DNA of 64,000 bases. Origin: Streptomyces sp. NBC_00353 (lineage in GTDB: Bacteria; Actinomycetota; Actinomycetes; Streptomycetales; Streptomycetaceae). The position numbers and the translations under genes are program-made. The DNA lies in NCBI RefSeq assembly GCF_036108815.1, contig NZ_CP107985.1, positions 6,386,058-6,450,057 of the forward strand. The letters are read 5' to 3'. Position 1 is the first letter of the stretch, and each line of letters opens with the position of its first letter. Of the stretch, positions 21,584 through 30,929 are shown in pieces. Under the pieces are notes generated by a model, which had not been told where the DNA came from, did not search any database, and worked only from the letters and a program-made list of their open reading frames with translations.

Positions 21584-22372
21584 ATGGCAGAGCGCAAGCC
21601 GATCACATCCTGGCTCACCGACATGGACGGAGTCCTGATCCACGAAGGCACGCCGATCCCCGGGGCGGACGCCTTCATAAAGCGGCTGCGGGAGTCCGGG
21701 CTGCCGTTCCTGGTGCTCACCAACAACTCGATCTACACGGCACGCGACCTGCACGCCCGCTTGGCTCGCATGGGCCTGGACGTGCCGGTGGAGAACATCT
21801 GGACCTCCGCCCTGGCCACCGCGAAGTTCCTCGACGACCAGCGGCCCGGCGGCACCGCGTACGTCATCGGCGAGGCAGGACTCACCACCGCGCTGCACGA
21901 CATTGGGTACGTCCTCACCGATCATGACCCGGATTACGTCGTCCTCGGCGAGACTCGAACGTATAGCTTCGAGTCGCTCACCAAGGCGATCCGCCTGATC
22001 AACGGCGGGGCCCGCTTCATCTGCACCAACCCGGACGAGACCGGCCCCTCCGCCGAGGGCCCGCTGCCCGCCACCGGCGCCGTCGCCGCACTGATCACCA
22101 AGGCCACCGGCAAGGACCCGTACTTCGCGGGCAAGCCCAACCCGCTCATGATGCGCACCGGGCTGAACGCGATCGGTGCCCACTCCGAGTCCAGCGCCAT
22201 GATCGGCGACCGGATGGACACCGATGTGCTCGCGGGCCTGGAGGCGGGCATGCACACCTTCCTGGTGCTGACCGGTCTGACGACCCCCGCCGACATCGAC
22301 CGCTACCCCTTCCGGCCGTCCACGGTCGTCGACTCCATCGCCGACCTGGTCGGCCTCATCGACGTCGGCTGA
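21584..22372 (+). CDS. HAD-IIA family hydrolase (NagD-like)
   Basis: Motif I DMDGVL. HAD-IIA cap and core motifs present. Confidence 0.8.
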   Translation: MAERKPITSWLTDMDGVLIHEGTPIPGADAFIKRLRESGLPFLVLTNNSIYTARDLHARLARMGLDVPVENIWTSALATAKFLDDQRPGGTAYVIGEAGLTTALHDIGYVLTDHDPDYVVLGETRTYSFESLTKAIRLINGGARFICTNPDETGPSAEGPLPATGAVAALITKATGKDPYFAGKPNPLMMRTGLNAIGAHSESSAMIGDRMDTDVLAGLEAGMHTFLVLTGLTTPADIDRYPFRPSTVVDSIADLVGLIDVG

Positions 22373-22510
22373 GCCCGGCCGGCACCGGCGCGGGCGCGTG
22401 CGGGGGAGGGTTTCTGCGAGCCGTTCCCCGCACCCCGACGGACCAGCCCCGTCGCCCCAGCGGATGCGAAAACCCGCCGGACGCGTGAACCTGCCTTTAG
22501 GAGGTTCACG

Positions 22511-23086
22511 ATGCGTTCCATACCCTTCACGTTCTGTGGAGCCGCAGTGGTTGCGGTGACACTGATGCCCACCTCAGTCGCACTGGCCGACTCCGGCTCC
22601 GGCCAGGAAAAGGACTCACAGACCCGCTCCACCCTCTCGGTGGATCCGTCCTCCATCGCCCCCGGGGATGAGGTGGACCTGCAGTTCGACGGCTGCAAGG
22701 GCAAGAAGGCCAAAGGGATCTCCGATGCCTTCGACTCCGACGCCGGCTTCTCGGCCGCCGACGACGGCGGACTCTCCGCCACGGGCAGGATCCGCTCGGA
22801 CGCCGCGGCCGGCGACTACGACATCTGGGTGACGTGTGACGACGACAAGGACACCCGGGTGTCCGGCACCGTCACCGTCGTCGCCCGCGAAGGCGCCGCA
22901 CCCGTCGCCCCGATCGCCCCGGTCCGCGCAGGCGGCGGCGGCGCCGCGACGCTCCTTGCCGGTGAGGCCGCCCAGCAGGACGGCCCCGGCGTCGTACACA
23001 CGGTGATCGGGCTGGTCCTGGCCGCCGTCGCCTCCGTCGCTGTCGCTTTCCGCAGCTCCCGCCGTCGCCACCCGTCCACGGACTGA
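22511..23086 (+). CDS. small secreted protein with C-terminal membrane anchor; possible sortase substrate
   Basis: Signal peptide present. The C-terminus has a hydrophobic stretch followed by RSSRRRH, a sorting-signal-like topology, but no LPXTG/LAXTG. Strong RBS AGGAGG inside a hairpin. Sits directly upstream of a sortase gene. Confidence 0.65.
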   Translation: MRSIPFTFCGAAVVAVTLMPTSVALADSGSGQEKDSQTRSTLSVDPSSIAPGDEVDLQFDGCKGKKAKGISDAFDSDAGFSAADDGGLSATGRIRSDAAAGDYDIWVTCDDDKDTRVSGTVTVVAREGAAPVAPIAPVRAGGGGAATLLAGEAAQQDGPGVVHTVIGLVLAAVASVAVAFRSSRRRHPSTD

Positions 23087-23091
23087 ACGAG

Positions 23092-23823
23092 ATGTCCGCC
23101 AAGGACCGCCCGACAGGCACCGGCCGGCTGCTCACTGGCGTGGCCTGGGCCGTCGTGTTGCTGGCCCTGTGGCTCTGGGGACGCGGCATCACCGACGGCT
23201 CCGGCGCCAGCTCCGCCCCGACCACCGGCGATGTCGCCGCGGTCGGCCGCCCCCTCGGCGTACCGCTGCCCGCGGCGCACGCCCCGATCAAGGGTGCGGC
23301 ACCCGAGCGGGTCGAGATCCCCTCGATCGGCATCAAGGCCCCCGTCGTCTCCCGCGGCCTGGACGCGGCGGGAGGGATCGACCCGCCGTCCTTCGCGACA
23401 CCGCACACGGTCGGCTGGTACGGCAGCGGCACCCGGCCCGGCGCGGCGGGCGCCGCGCTCTTCGTCGGCCATGTCGACACCGAGACCAAACCGGCCGTCT
23501 TCTACGGGCTGAGTGCGGCGCGCCCCGGCGCCAAGATCCGGGTGGTGCGCACGGACGGCACGGTCGCCGAATTCACCATCGACGACGTCCAGGTCTTCAC
23601 CCGGAACCGCTTCAACGCCCACAAGGCGTACGGGCCCCGCAAGGACGGCCGGGCGGAGCTGAGGCTGATCACCTGCGGCGGTACGTTCGACCGGGCGTCG
23701 CACGAGTACAACGCCAATGTGGTCGTCTCCGCCTATCTGACCGGCGAGAAGAAGAGTGCGGCCAAGGCAGCCGAGGCCGTGGGCAAGTCCGCGGAGTCCG
23801 CCGGGTCCGCCGACTCCGCTTAG
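23092..23823 (+). CDS. class F sortase
   Basis: N-terminal transmembrane segment. Motifs FVGHVD and active-site LITCGG. Confidence 0.75.
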   Translation: MSAKDRPTGTGRLLTGVAWAVVLLALWLWGRGITDGSGASSAPTTGDVAAVGRPLGVPLPAAHAPIKGAAPERVEIPSIGIKAPVVSRGLDAAGGIDPPSFATPHTVGWYGSGTRPGAAGAALFVGHVDTETKPAVFYGLSAARPGAKIRVVRTDGTVAEFTIDDVQVFTRNRFNAHKAYGPRKDGRAELRLITCGGTFDRASHEYNANVVVSAYLTGEKKSAAKAAEAVGKSAESAGSADSA

Positions 23824-24143
23824 GTCGTCCCGAGCAGAAGAGGGATACCCGGCCCGGCCGGCCGCCCGTTCTCCCCCCGGGGCGCCGGCCGGGCCGGTCC
23901 TCGACCGCGGTGCGCGGGCTGCGGGAGAAGCCCGGCGCCGACACGGGAGGGCAAGGGGCGTGTGGGCCACTCCTGAACACTGTAGGCCGGTGAACGGTCA
24001 TGGCCCAGTCGTTTTTTGACGGTACGTCCAGAACCGGTCACTGTCCGTCGTTCGTGAACGTCCTCGTATGTACGGGCAAGCCGGACACCGGGGTGTGCCA
24101 GGATGGATTCGACCGGTCTTGTCCGGCACCCAAGGGGGAGTGG

Positions 24144-25157
24144 ATGTACGGCAATTACACCGGCCGGTTCCGCACGGGGGCGGTGGCCGCGGTCGGCGCG
24201 ATGGTGCTGCTCGCGGGATGTTCCTCGGCCGGCGACGACGGGGACAAGAACCCCGCCGTGATCGGCCGGCAGCCCACGGGCGGCGACCCGTACTGGGTCA
24301 ACCCCGACGGGAACGCGGCCCGGCAGGTCGCCGCGTACACCAAGGACGGCAACGACAAGAACGCCGACCTGATCAGGAAGATCGCCCGGCAGCCGGTCGG
24401 CGAGTGGATCGGCCCGGACAACCCCGAGGCCGAGACGAAGGGCTTCACCGAGGCGGCCGCGAAGGCCGGCCGGGAGGCGCTGCTGGTCCTCTACAACATC
24501 CCGCACCGCGACTGCGACCAGTTCTCGAAGGGCGGCGCCGCCGACGGCAACGCGTACCGCGCCTGGCTGGAGAAGGTCGCCCAGGGCATCGGCGACCGCC
24601 GGGCCACGGTGATCCTGGAGCCGGACGCAGTGCTGCACCTGGTCGACGGCTGCACCCCACAGGAGTTCCACGAGGAGCGGTACGACCTCCTCAAGGGCGC
24701 CGTCCAGCGGCTGAAGCAACTGCCGGACACCCGCGTCTACATGGACGCGGGCAATGCCGGCTGGCACACGCCCGACGCGCTCTTCCAGCCGATCCGGCGG
24801 GCAGGCATCGCGGACGCGGACGGATTCGCGGTCAATGTCTCCAACTTCCAGACCACGGCGGCCAGTACGGATTTCGGCAAGCAGCTGTCGGCGAAGGTCG
24901 GCGGCAAGCCGTTCGTGATCGACACCAGCCGCAACGGCAACGGGCCCTACGACGGCGGCGACCCGAAGGAGAACTGGTGCAACCCTCCGGGCCGCGCACT
25001 CGGCGAACCGCCGACGACGGACACGGGTGAGGACCTGGTCGACGCGTATCTCTGGGTCAAGCGGCCGGGAGAGTCGGACGGCGCCTGCAAGGGGGGTCCG
25101 AAGGCCGGGGCATGGTGGCCGGAGTACGCGCTGGGTCTGGCCCGCAACACGAAGTAG
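24144..25157 (+). CDS. cslZ: GH6 endoglucanase lipoprotein (CslZ-like)
   Basis: GH6 motifs YNIPHRDC, ILEPD and WVKRPGESDG. Lipobox LLAGCS after the ATG at 24144. Alternative upstream ATG at 24000. Convergent with glxA, as in S. coelicolor SCO2838. Confidence 0.8.
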   Translation: MYGNYTGRFRTGAVAAVGAMVLLAGCSSAGDDGDKNPAVIGRQPTGGDPYWVNPDGNAARQVAAYTKDGNDKNADLIRKIARQPVGEWIGPDNPEAETKGFTEAAAKAGREALLVLYNIPHRDCDQFSKGGAADGNAYRAWLEKVAQGIGDRRATVILEPDAVLHLVDGCTPQEFHEERYDLLKGAVQRLKQLPDTRVYMDAGNAGWHTPDALFQPIRRAGIADADGFAVNVSNFQTTAASTDFGKQLSAKVGGKPFVIDTSRNGNGPYDGGDPKENWCNPPGRALGEPPTTDTGEDLVDAYLWVKRPGESDGACKGGPKAGAWWPEYALGLARNTK

Positions 25158-25208
25158 TACCCGGGGGCGTCCGGTGGCCGGTTCTCCGTCCTCGAACTCC
25201 CCCTCTGC

Positions 25209-27143
25209 CTACGGGATCTCCACCCACTTTCCTTCCGACGGCGTCCCCTTCGCGTCCGTGACGAACAGCATGTACCACCCCGAGGGAACCAGCGCCCGGT
25301 TCTTCGGCACCGTCACCGAGATGCCCCCCGTCGTCCTCCTCAGCCCCAGCTCCACCGACCGCTGGTCCGTGTCCGTCACATGTGTCACCGCGCTCGGCCG
25401 CATCAGCTTCGCCGACGTGATCGTCGACCCCTGTGAGGTCGTGAACGTCCCCGTACCGCCCCGACGCATGTTCTTGGGCCCCGCGGTCAGCTCCGGGCGC
25501 GAGTCGCGGTACAGGTACGGCGGGGTGTAGATCTCGATGCGCTGCTCGAAGATGCCGGGGCGGGAGTCCGCCCTGTCGGCGTAGAGCGAGTCGGAGCCGA
25601 AGATCATGACGCGGCCGTCGGGGAGCAGTACGGACCCCGAGTGGTAGTTGCGGCCCACCGCCGGGTCCGCGACCCGCTGGTAGCTTTCCGTCTTCGCGTC
25701 GTACAGCCGGGCCTGCAGGATGTTCGAGCCGCCGCGCCCCCGGTAGTCGTCGGAGCCGCCGGTGACCAGCACCGAGTCGTCCGGCAGCAGTGACGCGCTC
25801 GGATAGCGGGTGCCCTCGTCGAGCGACGCGCCGTTCCTGAATTTCGGGTCGGGGTCCTTGAGGTCGACCAGCCGGGACTTCTCGCTCGACCTCTCCGACT
25901 CACCGACCCCGCCGCCGCCGATGACCATGAACTTCTCGTCCTGGGCGGGAGGCAGCCGTACCGTCGCCGATGTCTCCATCTCGTCGGCGTCGCTCAGTCC
26001 CGGGATCTTCTTGAACCTGTTGGTCGCCAGGTCCCAGATGCCGGGGTCGCGGCCGATGTCGGCGGGTCCGTATCCGGCGTTCGAGCCGGAGTAGAAGAGC
26101 TTGCCGTCGTCCAGGAGGAAGACCGCGGGGTACGTGGGGAACTTCCGGACGATGCCGGTGTACGCCCACTTCCTGGTCTTCGGGTCGTAGATCTCGTCCT
26201 TGCCGGGCACGATCTGCCCGATCTCGTCCAGCCCGGACAGGGCGAGGACCTTGCCGTCCTCCAGCGTGGTCAGCGTCGGATACCAGCGTGCCTCGTTCAT
26301 CGGGTCGACGGTGACGTACTTCTCCGCCACCGGGTCGAATTCGTACGCCTCCCGGATGCCCTGGAAATCCTTCTTGTCGAGGGCGAGCTTCTGGGCGATC
26401 CCGTACACGTTCCGGGTGTCGGAGCCGGAGAGGCCGGAGATCCGGTAGTTGTCCTGGGTGCCCGTCTCGTACTCCGTGCCGGCCTGCTGGGACTCGACGT
26501 AGATCCGGCCGAGCCCGGGGTCGTTGCGCAGGAAAGCGCCGGTCCGTTTGTCGAAGACCTTGGTGGCCTTCTCCACCAGTACCGGGTCCTTGGAGACGAA
26601 CGTCTTCCCGTTCCCCTTGCCGGTGAACCGGGTGCCCGCGGGCAGGGTGATCGGCTCGTCCGGGTTCTCGTTGTGGACGATCATCAGGCCGCCGGCCTTG
26701 GTGACATCGCCCTCGAGCTTCTCGTACCGCTTCGTGCCGCCGGCTATCAGCAGCTTGCCGTCAGGCAGTTGGGTGTGACCGGAGCAGAACATGTCCTTGG
26801 GCGTGGGTATGTTCTTGAACGTGTTGGCCCCGGGGTCCCACAGCACGGACCGGAAGCTCTTCGCGTCGAAGTTCTTCTGGTTGTTGCCGGAGCCCGCGAC
26901 GAGCAGCACCTTGCCGGTGTGCAGCAGGGCGGCGTGGATCGTATTGATCCGGAACTCGGACGGCACGTCCAGGAAGTCCCAGTGTCCGTTGGCGGCCTTG
27001 TACTCCGGTCTGTTGATCGTGTACGCGTGGTAGCGCTCGCTGCCGAAGCGGTACAGCCACGGCCCGTTCGCTCCCGAGAGCGCCAGAACCACCGCCGTAG
27101 TGATCGCCATGCGGCGGGTACGGCGGCTCGGGCGGTACTTCAT
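25209..27143 (-). CDS. glxA: galactose-oxidase-like radical copper oxidase GlxA
   Basis: 644 aa with an N-terminal membrane anchor, a kelch propeller and a C-terminal E-set domain. ATGA overlap with the upstream cslA, matching the cslA-glxA operon. Confidence 0.8.
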   Translation of the reverse strand: MKYRPSRRTRRMAITTAVVLALSGANGPWLYRFGSERYHAYTINRPEYKAANGHWDFLDVPSEFRINTIHAALLHTGKVLLVAGSGNNQKNFDAKSFRSVLWDPGANTFKNIPTPKDMFCSGHTQLPDGKLLIAGGTKRYEKLEGDVTKAGGLMIVHNENPDEPITLPAGTRFTGKGNGKTFVSKDPVLVEKATKVFDKRTGAFLRNDPGLGRIYVESQQAGTEYETGTQDNYRISGLSGSDTRNVYGIAQKLALDKKDFQGIREAYEFDPVAEKYVTVDPMNEARWYPTLTTLEDGKVLALSGLDEIGQIVPGKDEIYDPKTRKWAYTGIVRKFPTYPAVFLLDDGKLFYSGSNAGYGPADIGRDPGIWDLATNRFKKIPGLSDADEMETSATVRLPPAQDEKFMVIGGGGVGESERSSEKSRLVDLKDPDPKFRNGASLDEGTRYPSASLLPDDSVLVTGGSDDYRGRGGSNILQARLYDAKTESYQRVADPAVGRNYHSGSVLLPDGRVMIFGSDSLYADRADSRPGIFEQRIEIYTPPYLYRDSRPELTAGPKNMRRGGTGTFTTSQGSTITSAKLMRPSAVTHVTDTDQRSVELGLRRTTGGISVTVPKNRALVPSGWYMLFVTDAKGTPSEGKWVEIP

Positions 27144-29047
27144 CGTTTACGTCCCCCAAGGGCGATCTGCATGGTCTGGTCGTCGGCGAGCCGGCCGGGC
27201 CGCTCCTGCGGGAAGTGCGCCGGATGCGGGGCCGGTGCGCCGCCCCGCTTCTTCTTGTCCGCGCGGACGGTGTACCGCCAGCCGAGGATCGGCGCCGCCG
27301 TGATCAGCAGGGCCAGCGCGGCCCAGGTCAGCATCGCCGGATGGCTGTGGCCGAGAGCGAAGGACGCGGTGATGGAACCGCCGAACACCAGCATGAAGAA
27401 GAGGTGGATGCGGAAGGTGCCGAACAGCGTGTCCGGGCTGGACGAGTCGCCCTTGGGCGTCACCACGAACGAGCTCTTGCGGCGCAGCACGGCATCCATC
27501 AGGGAACGTGCGTAGATCGGGGCGGAGAGCGCGGACATCATCATGCCCGCCAGGCCGCCGGAGCCCTCGGGCTCGTGCGGCGAGACGTTGTGCCGCCGGT
27601 TCCAGATGTACAGACCGATCTGGAGCGCCGAGGCGTTGCCGTACAGCATCATCCAGACGACCGGGTCGATCTGCACACCCGAGGCGCCCATGCCCAGGAA
27701 CAGCGCGCAACTGAGCGCAGCCAGGATCCAGTTCAGGGCCGACATCGGATAGAAAATGATCATCATCGTGTAGTTGAAGAGCTTGCCGAAGGGGAGCGTC
27801 CCGATCCCTCTCCAGTACTGCTTGATGATCGTTTCGTACGTCCCCCGTGACCAGCGCAGCTGCTGGGTGAAGAAGTCCGTCCACGCGGTCGGGCCCTCGC
27901 CGACGGCCAGCACGTCCGGGGTGTACACCGAGCGCCAGTACCGGCCGGTGCGCGGGTTGCGGGCGCGGTGCATCTCGAAGCCGGTCGCCATGTCCTCGGT
28001 GATCGAGTCGTACAGGCCGCCGATCTGCTGGAGGGCCGATATCCGGACGGCGTTGCTGGTGCCGACGAACATCGGGGCGCCGTAGCGGTTGCCCGCGCGC
28101 TGGATCAGCGCGTGGAAGAGGAACTGCTGGGACTCGGCGGCCTTCGTGACGAACGTGTCGTAGTTGCCGTAGACCTGCGGGCCGATGACGAAGCCGACGT
28201 CCGGGTCGCGGAAGTAGCCGAGCATCCGCTCCAGGTAGTTGGGCAGCGGTACGTGATCGGTGTCGACCGAGGCGAAGAAGTCGTACGCGCCGCCGTGCGC
28301 GTCGAGCCAGGCGTTGTAGTTGCCGTGCTTGGTCTTCGCGCGGTGCGCGCCCTTGGCCTGGTTCCAGTGCGGGACGCCCTTGCGGGAGAAGTGGTGCACC
28401 CCGAGGCGGGCACAGACCTCCTTCACCGCGGGGTCGTCGCCCTCGTCGAGCAGCCAGACGTGCATCGGCCCGCGATGCCGGATGCGGACCGCGGCTTCGA
28501 GGGTCTTCGTCACCATCTCCAGGGGCTCCTTGCCCGGGACGAAGGACGTGAGGAAGGCGACCCTGGTGCCGGACTCCGGCACGACCGGGACCGGGTCGCG
28601 CGCGACCAGCGTCGCGTGCGCGTTCGACAGGACATTCATCGTGCGGAAGAGCTCGATCAGACCGATCGAGACGAGCATGACGATGTCGAGGATCAGAAGC
28701 GTGTCGTTCTTGACGTTCGGGTCGCGCTGGGTCCAGTGCTCGGGCTGCATCAGCCAGGCGAACAGGCCGAGCGAGACGAGCGGTGCGGCGCCGAGCAGGA
28801 GCGCCGCGCGGATTCTGTGCGGCTCCTGCGAGAGCAGCGAGCGGTACTGCACGGTGTAGGGCTTGTCCGGATCGGGCTGGGTCAGTGGCCCGGCGAGCCG
28901 GCTGTAGTGCTCGTAGTCGTAACGCGGCAGCGCCTTCTTCGGGTGGCGCCGCTGTACCCCGGTACGCAGCTGCGGGGGTATCCGCAGCTGCGTGGTCCGG
29001 GAGGAGTGGTCGTTGTTCTGCCCGGCGCCAGTCGGCGTCGACGTCAT
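27140..29047 (-). CDS. cslA: cellulose-synthase-like GT2 glycosyltransferase CslA
   Basis: GT2 D,D,D motifs and the QxxRW motif FTQQLRWSRG, with multiple transmembrane segments. The 761-aa ORF in another frame is an artefact. Confidence 0.85.
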   Translation of the reverse strand: MTSTPTGAGQNNDHSSRTTQLRIPPQLRTGVQRRHPKKALPRYDYEHYSRLAGPLTQPDPDKPYTVQYRSLLSQEPHRIRAALLLGAAPLVSLGLFAWLMQPEHWTQRDPNVKNDTLLILDIVMLVSIGLIELFRTMNVLSNAHATLVARDPVPVVPESGTRVAFLTSFVPGKEPLEMVTKTLEAAVRIRHRGPMHVWLLDEGDDPAVKEVCARLGVHHFSRKGVPHWNQAKGAHRAKTKHGNYNAWLDAHGGAYDFFASVDTDHVPLPNYLERMLGYFRDPDVGFVIGPQVYGNYDTFVTKAAESQQFLFHALIQRAGNRYGAPMFVGTSNAVRISALQQIGGLYDSITEDMATGFEMHRARNPRTGRYWRSVYTPDVLAVGEGPTAWTDFFTQQLRWSRGTYETIIKQYWRGIGTLPFGKLFNYTMMIIFYPMSALNWILAALSCALFLGMGASGVQIDPVVWMMLYGNASALQIGLYIWNRRHNVSPHEPEGSGGLAGMMMSALSAPIYARSLMDAVLRRKSSFVVTPKGDSSSPDTLFGTFRIHLFFMLVFGGSITASFALGHSHPAMLTWAALALLITAAPILGWRYTVRADKKKRGGAPAPHPAHFPQERPGRLADDQTMQIALGGRKR

Positions 29048-29470
29048 GGGTCATCCCCCTGCACGCACTGGTCACTGCGTGATCGGTCGGTCGTCTCGTC
29101 CGCGGCGAATCCCCCTCGACCGCCGCGGGCGCATCGCTGGTGGGCCACCTTCCCCTGAGGAGTGGGATGGCGCCCTGCCGGTTGCAGGATGCCCCTCGGC
29201 ATCCGTCCATGAGCGGGACCCCCACCCCGCGGTACGGCAACCGGAACTTCCCCCGTGCTGTCCCAACTGCGCGTGTCATCGGCTCGGTTGAAGCCGATGA
29301 CCCCATGACAGGTTGTATGACCCAGGTCGTTATCGCAAGGGTGAAACGGGCGGTTAACCGGCCATATGTGCGATTTGGGTGACTCTTGCGGAGGGGCGCA
29401 CGGAGGCGTAAGGGCTCCGCGTACACGAACAAGACCCCCTCACGCTCGGTGAGGGGGTCTTGACTCTGCG

Positions 29471-29544
29471 TGCGCCGCCAGGGACTCGAACCCCGGACCC
29501 GCTGATTAAGAGTCAGCTGCTCTAACCAACTGAGCTAGCGGCGC
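29471..29544 (-). tRNA. tRNA-Lys (anticodon CUU)
   Basis: 74-nt cloverleaf read directly: acceptor GCGCCGC, D-arm GCTCAGTTGGTTAGAGC, anticodon loop CUCUUAA, T-arm GGGGTTCGAGTCCCC. CCA is not encoded. A hairpin at 29431-29461 lies downstream. Confidence 0.9.
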
Positions 29545-29727
29545 CTGCTGACCTGGAGAACTCTACCCGACCTCCAGGGGTGCCTCTGACCATTTCCTGT
29601 CGATCACGGCCTGTCGGATGGTCGTTTTTTCACTTCTATCCGTCAAAATGCAATATGTCCGGTGGGTTGAAACGCTGACGCCCGTGCAGGTGTGCCCAAA
29701 GATCTTGAGAGTGCGGAGAGGATTCGC

Positions 29728-30903
29728 ATGACCGTGCCGGCCTTCGAGGAGTACGTGCCCGCCGTCGACTGCACCTGCGCGGGTTGTGCCGCCCAGCGCC
29801 GGGCCGCCGCCAGGGCTCTGCCGACGCGGTACGGAGGACACCCTGCGGCGCATGGGGCGCGGCGCGCGCTGGTCATGGTCACGGCGGCCGGCGTGGTGCT
29901 CGGCAGCGGCGCGGCCGAGGCGGCGAGCGCGGCGACCGGGCACCCCGCCGGAAGCGCCGGGGCCGCGGGGTCCGTCGCATCTGCCCGGGCGGACCCGACG
30001 CCGACCCCGGCCGACCCGGAACAGGCCGACCCAAGTGACCCTGGCGACCCGGATCCGGCCGACCTGGCCGATCCGGGCGATCCGGCTGACCTGGCCGATC
30101 CGGAGGATTCGGAGGATTCGGATTCGGACGACTCGGAATCCGGCAGTCCACAGGGTGTCCCCGGCCCACTGCGGGGGAGCGGGGCCGCGGGGCCGCCATC
30201 GTCCACGGGCTCGGCACCGGAGACGCCGAAGACCACACGGACGGACATCATCAACCGGGCGAAGAAGTGGGTCAGCCAGCAGGTCCCGTACAGCATGGCG
30301 AAGTACTGGTCCGACGGTTACCGGCAGGACTGCTCCGGCTATGTGTCGATGGCCTGGAAGCTGAGGAGCAACGAGTGGACCGGCAGTCTCGCCAAATTCG
30401 GCACCAAGATCGCCCGCGAGGAACTGCAGCCCGGCGACATCCTGCTCTTCCACAACAAGGCCAACCCGACGAACGGCTCGCACGTCACGATCTTCGGCGG
30501 CTGGACCGACTACACGCACAGCCACTATTCGGCGTACGAGCAGACGCCCTCGCACACGCGTAAGCGGACGACGCCCATGGCGTACTGGAGTCACTCCGGC
30601 AGCTACATCCCGTACCGCTACAAAGGGCTGCCCACCAAGACCGGCAGCAGCAGTTCGAAGGCGCTGTCGGCGTTCCCGGGCCGGGACTATTTCCGGCCGG
30701 GTCAGTCCAACAGCCATGTCGACAAGCTCGGCAGACAGTTGGTGAGGAAGGGATACGGCAAGCACTACGCAAAGGGCCCCGGCCCCCGGTGGACGGAGGA
30801 GGACCGGCGCAATGTCGAGGCCTTCCAGCGGGCGCAGGGCTGGCGGGGCACAGAGGCCGACGGCTACCCCGGCCCGGAGACCTGGCAACGACTTTTCGCG
30901 TGA
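29728..30903 (+). CDS. secreted cell-wall hydrolase-like protein: NlpC/P60-CHAP-like Cys/His domain + C-terminal peptidoglycan-binding domain
   Basis: Signal peptide present. Acidic D/P tandem repeats. Catalytic-like pair DCSGYVSMAW ... GSHVTIF. PG_binding_1 signature YPGPETWQRL. ATG at 29728 after GGAGAGGA. Confidence 0.75.
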   Translation: MTVPAFEEYVPAVDCTCAGCAAQRRAAARALPTRYGGHPAAHGARRALVMVTAAGVVLGSGAAEAASAATGHPAGSAGAAGSVASARADPTPTPADPEQADPSDPGDPDPADLADPGDPADLADPEDSEDSDSDDSESGSPQGVPGPLRGSGAAGPPSSTGSAPETPKTTRTDIINRAKKWVSQQVPYSMAKYWSDGYRQDCSGYVSMAWKLRSNEWTGSLAKFGTKIAREELQPGDILLFHNKANPTNGSHVTIFGGWTDYTHSHYSAYEQTPSHTRKRTTPMAYWSHSGSYIPYRYKGLPTKTGSSSSKALSAFPGRDYFRPGQSNSHVDKLGRQLVRKGYGKHYAKGPGPRWTEEDRRNVEAFQRAQGWRGTEADGYPGPETWQRLFA

Positions 30904-30929
30904 CAGAACGGAAATGACGGAGGCGGGAA

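Noticed and set aside
24000-24143. Longer N-terminus for the GH6 protein
   Set aside because: The internal ATG at 24144 yields a proper lipoprotein signal peptide (LLAGCS). The upstream extension is Cys-rich and atypical.
27147-29432. 761-aa ORF overlapping cslA in another frame
   Set aside because: The translation is low-complexity. The cslA frame instead carries GT2 motifs and QxxRW.
29545-29727. c-di-AMP (ydaO-type) riboswitch upstream of the P60-like hydrolase gene
   Set aside because: The context (a cell-wall hydrolase in an actinomycete) is suggestive. I could not find the conserved ydaO consensus elements in the 180-nt leader, which also doubles as the tRNA promoter region.
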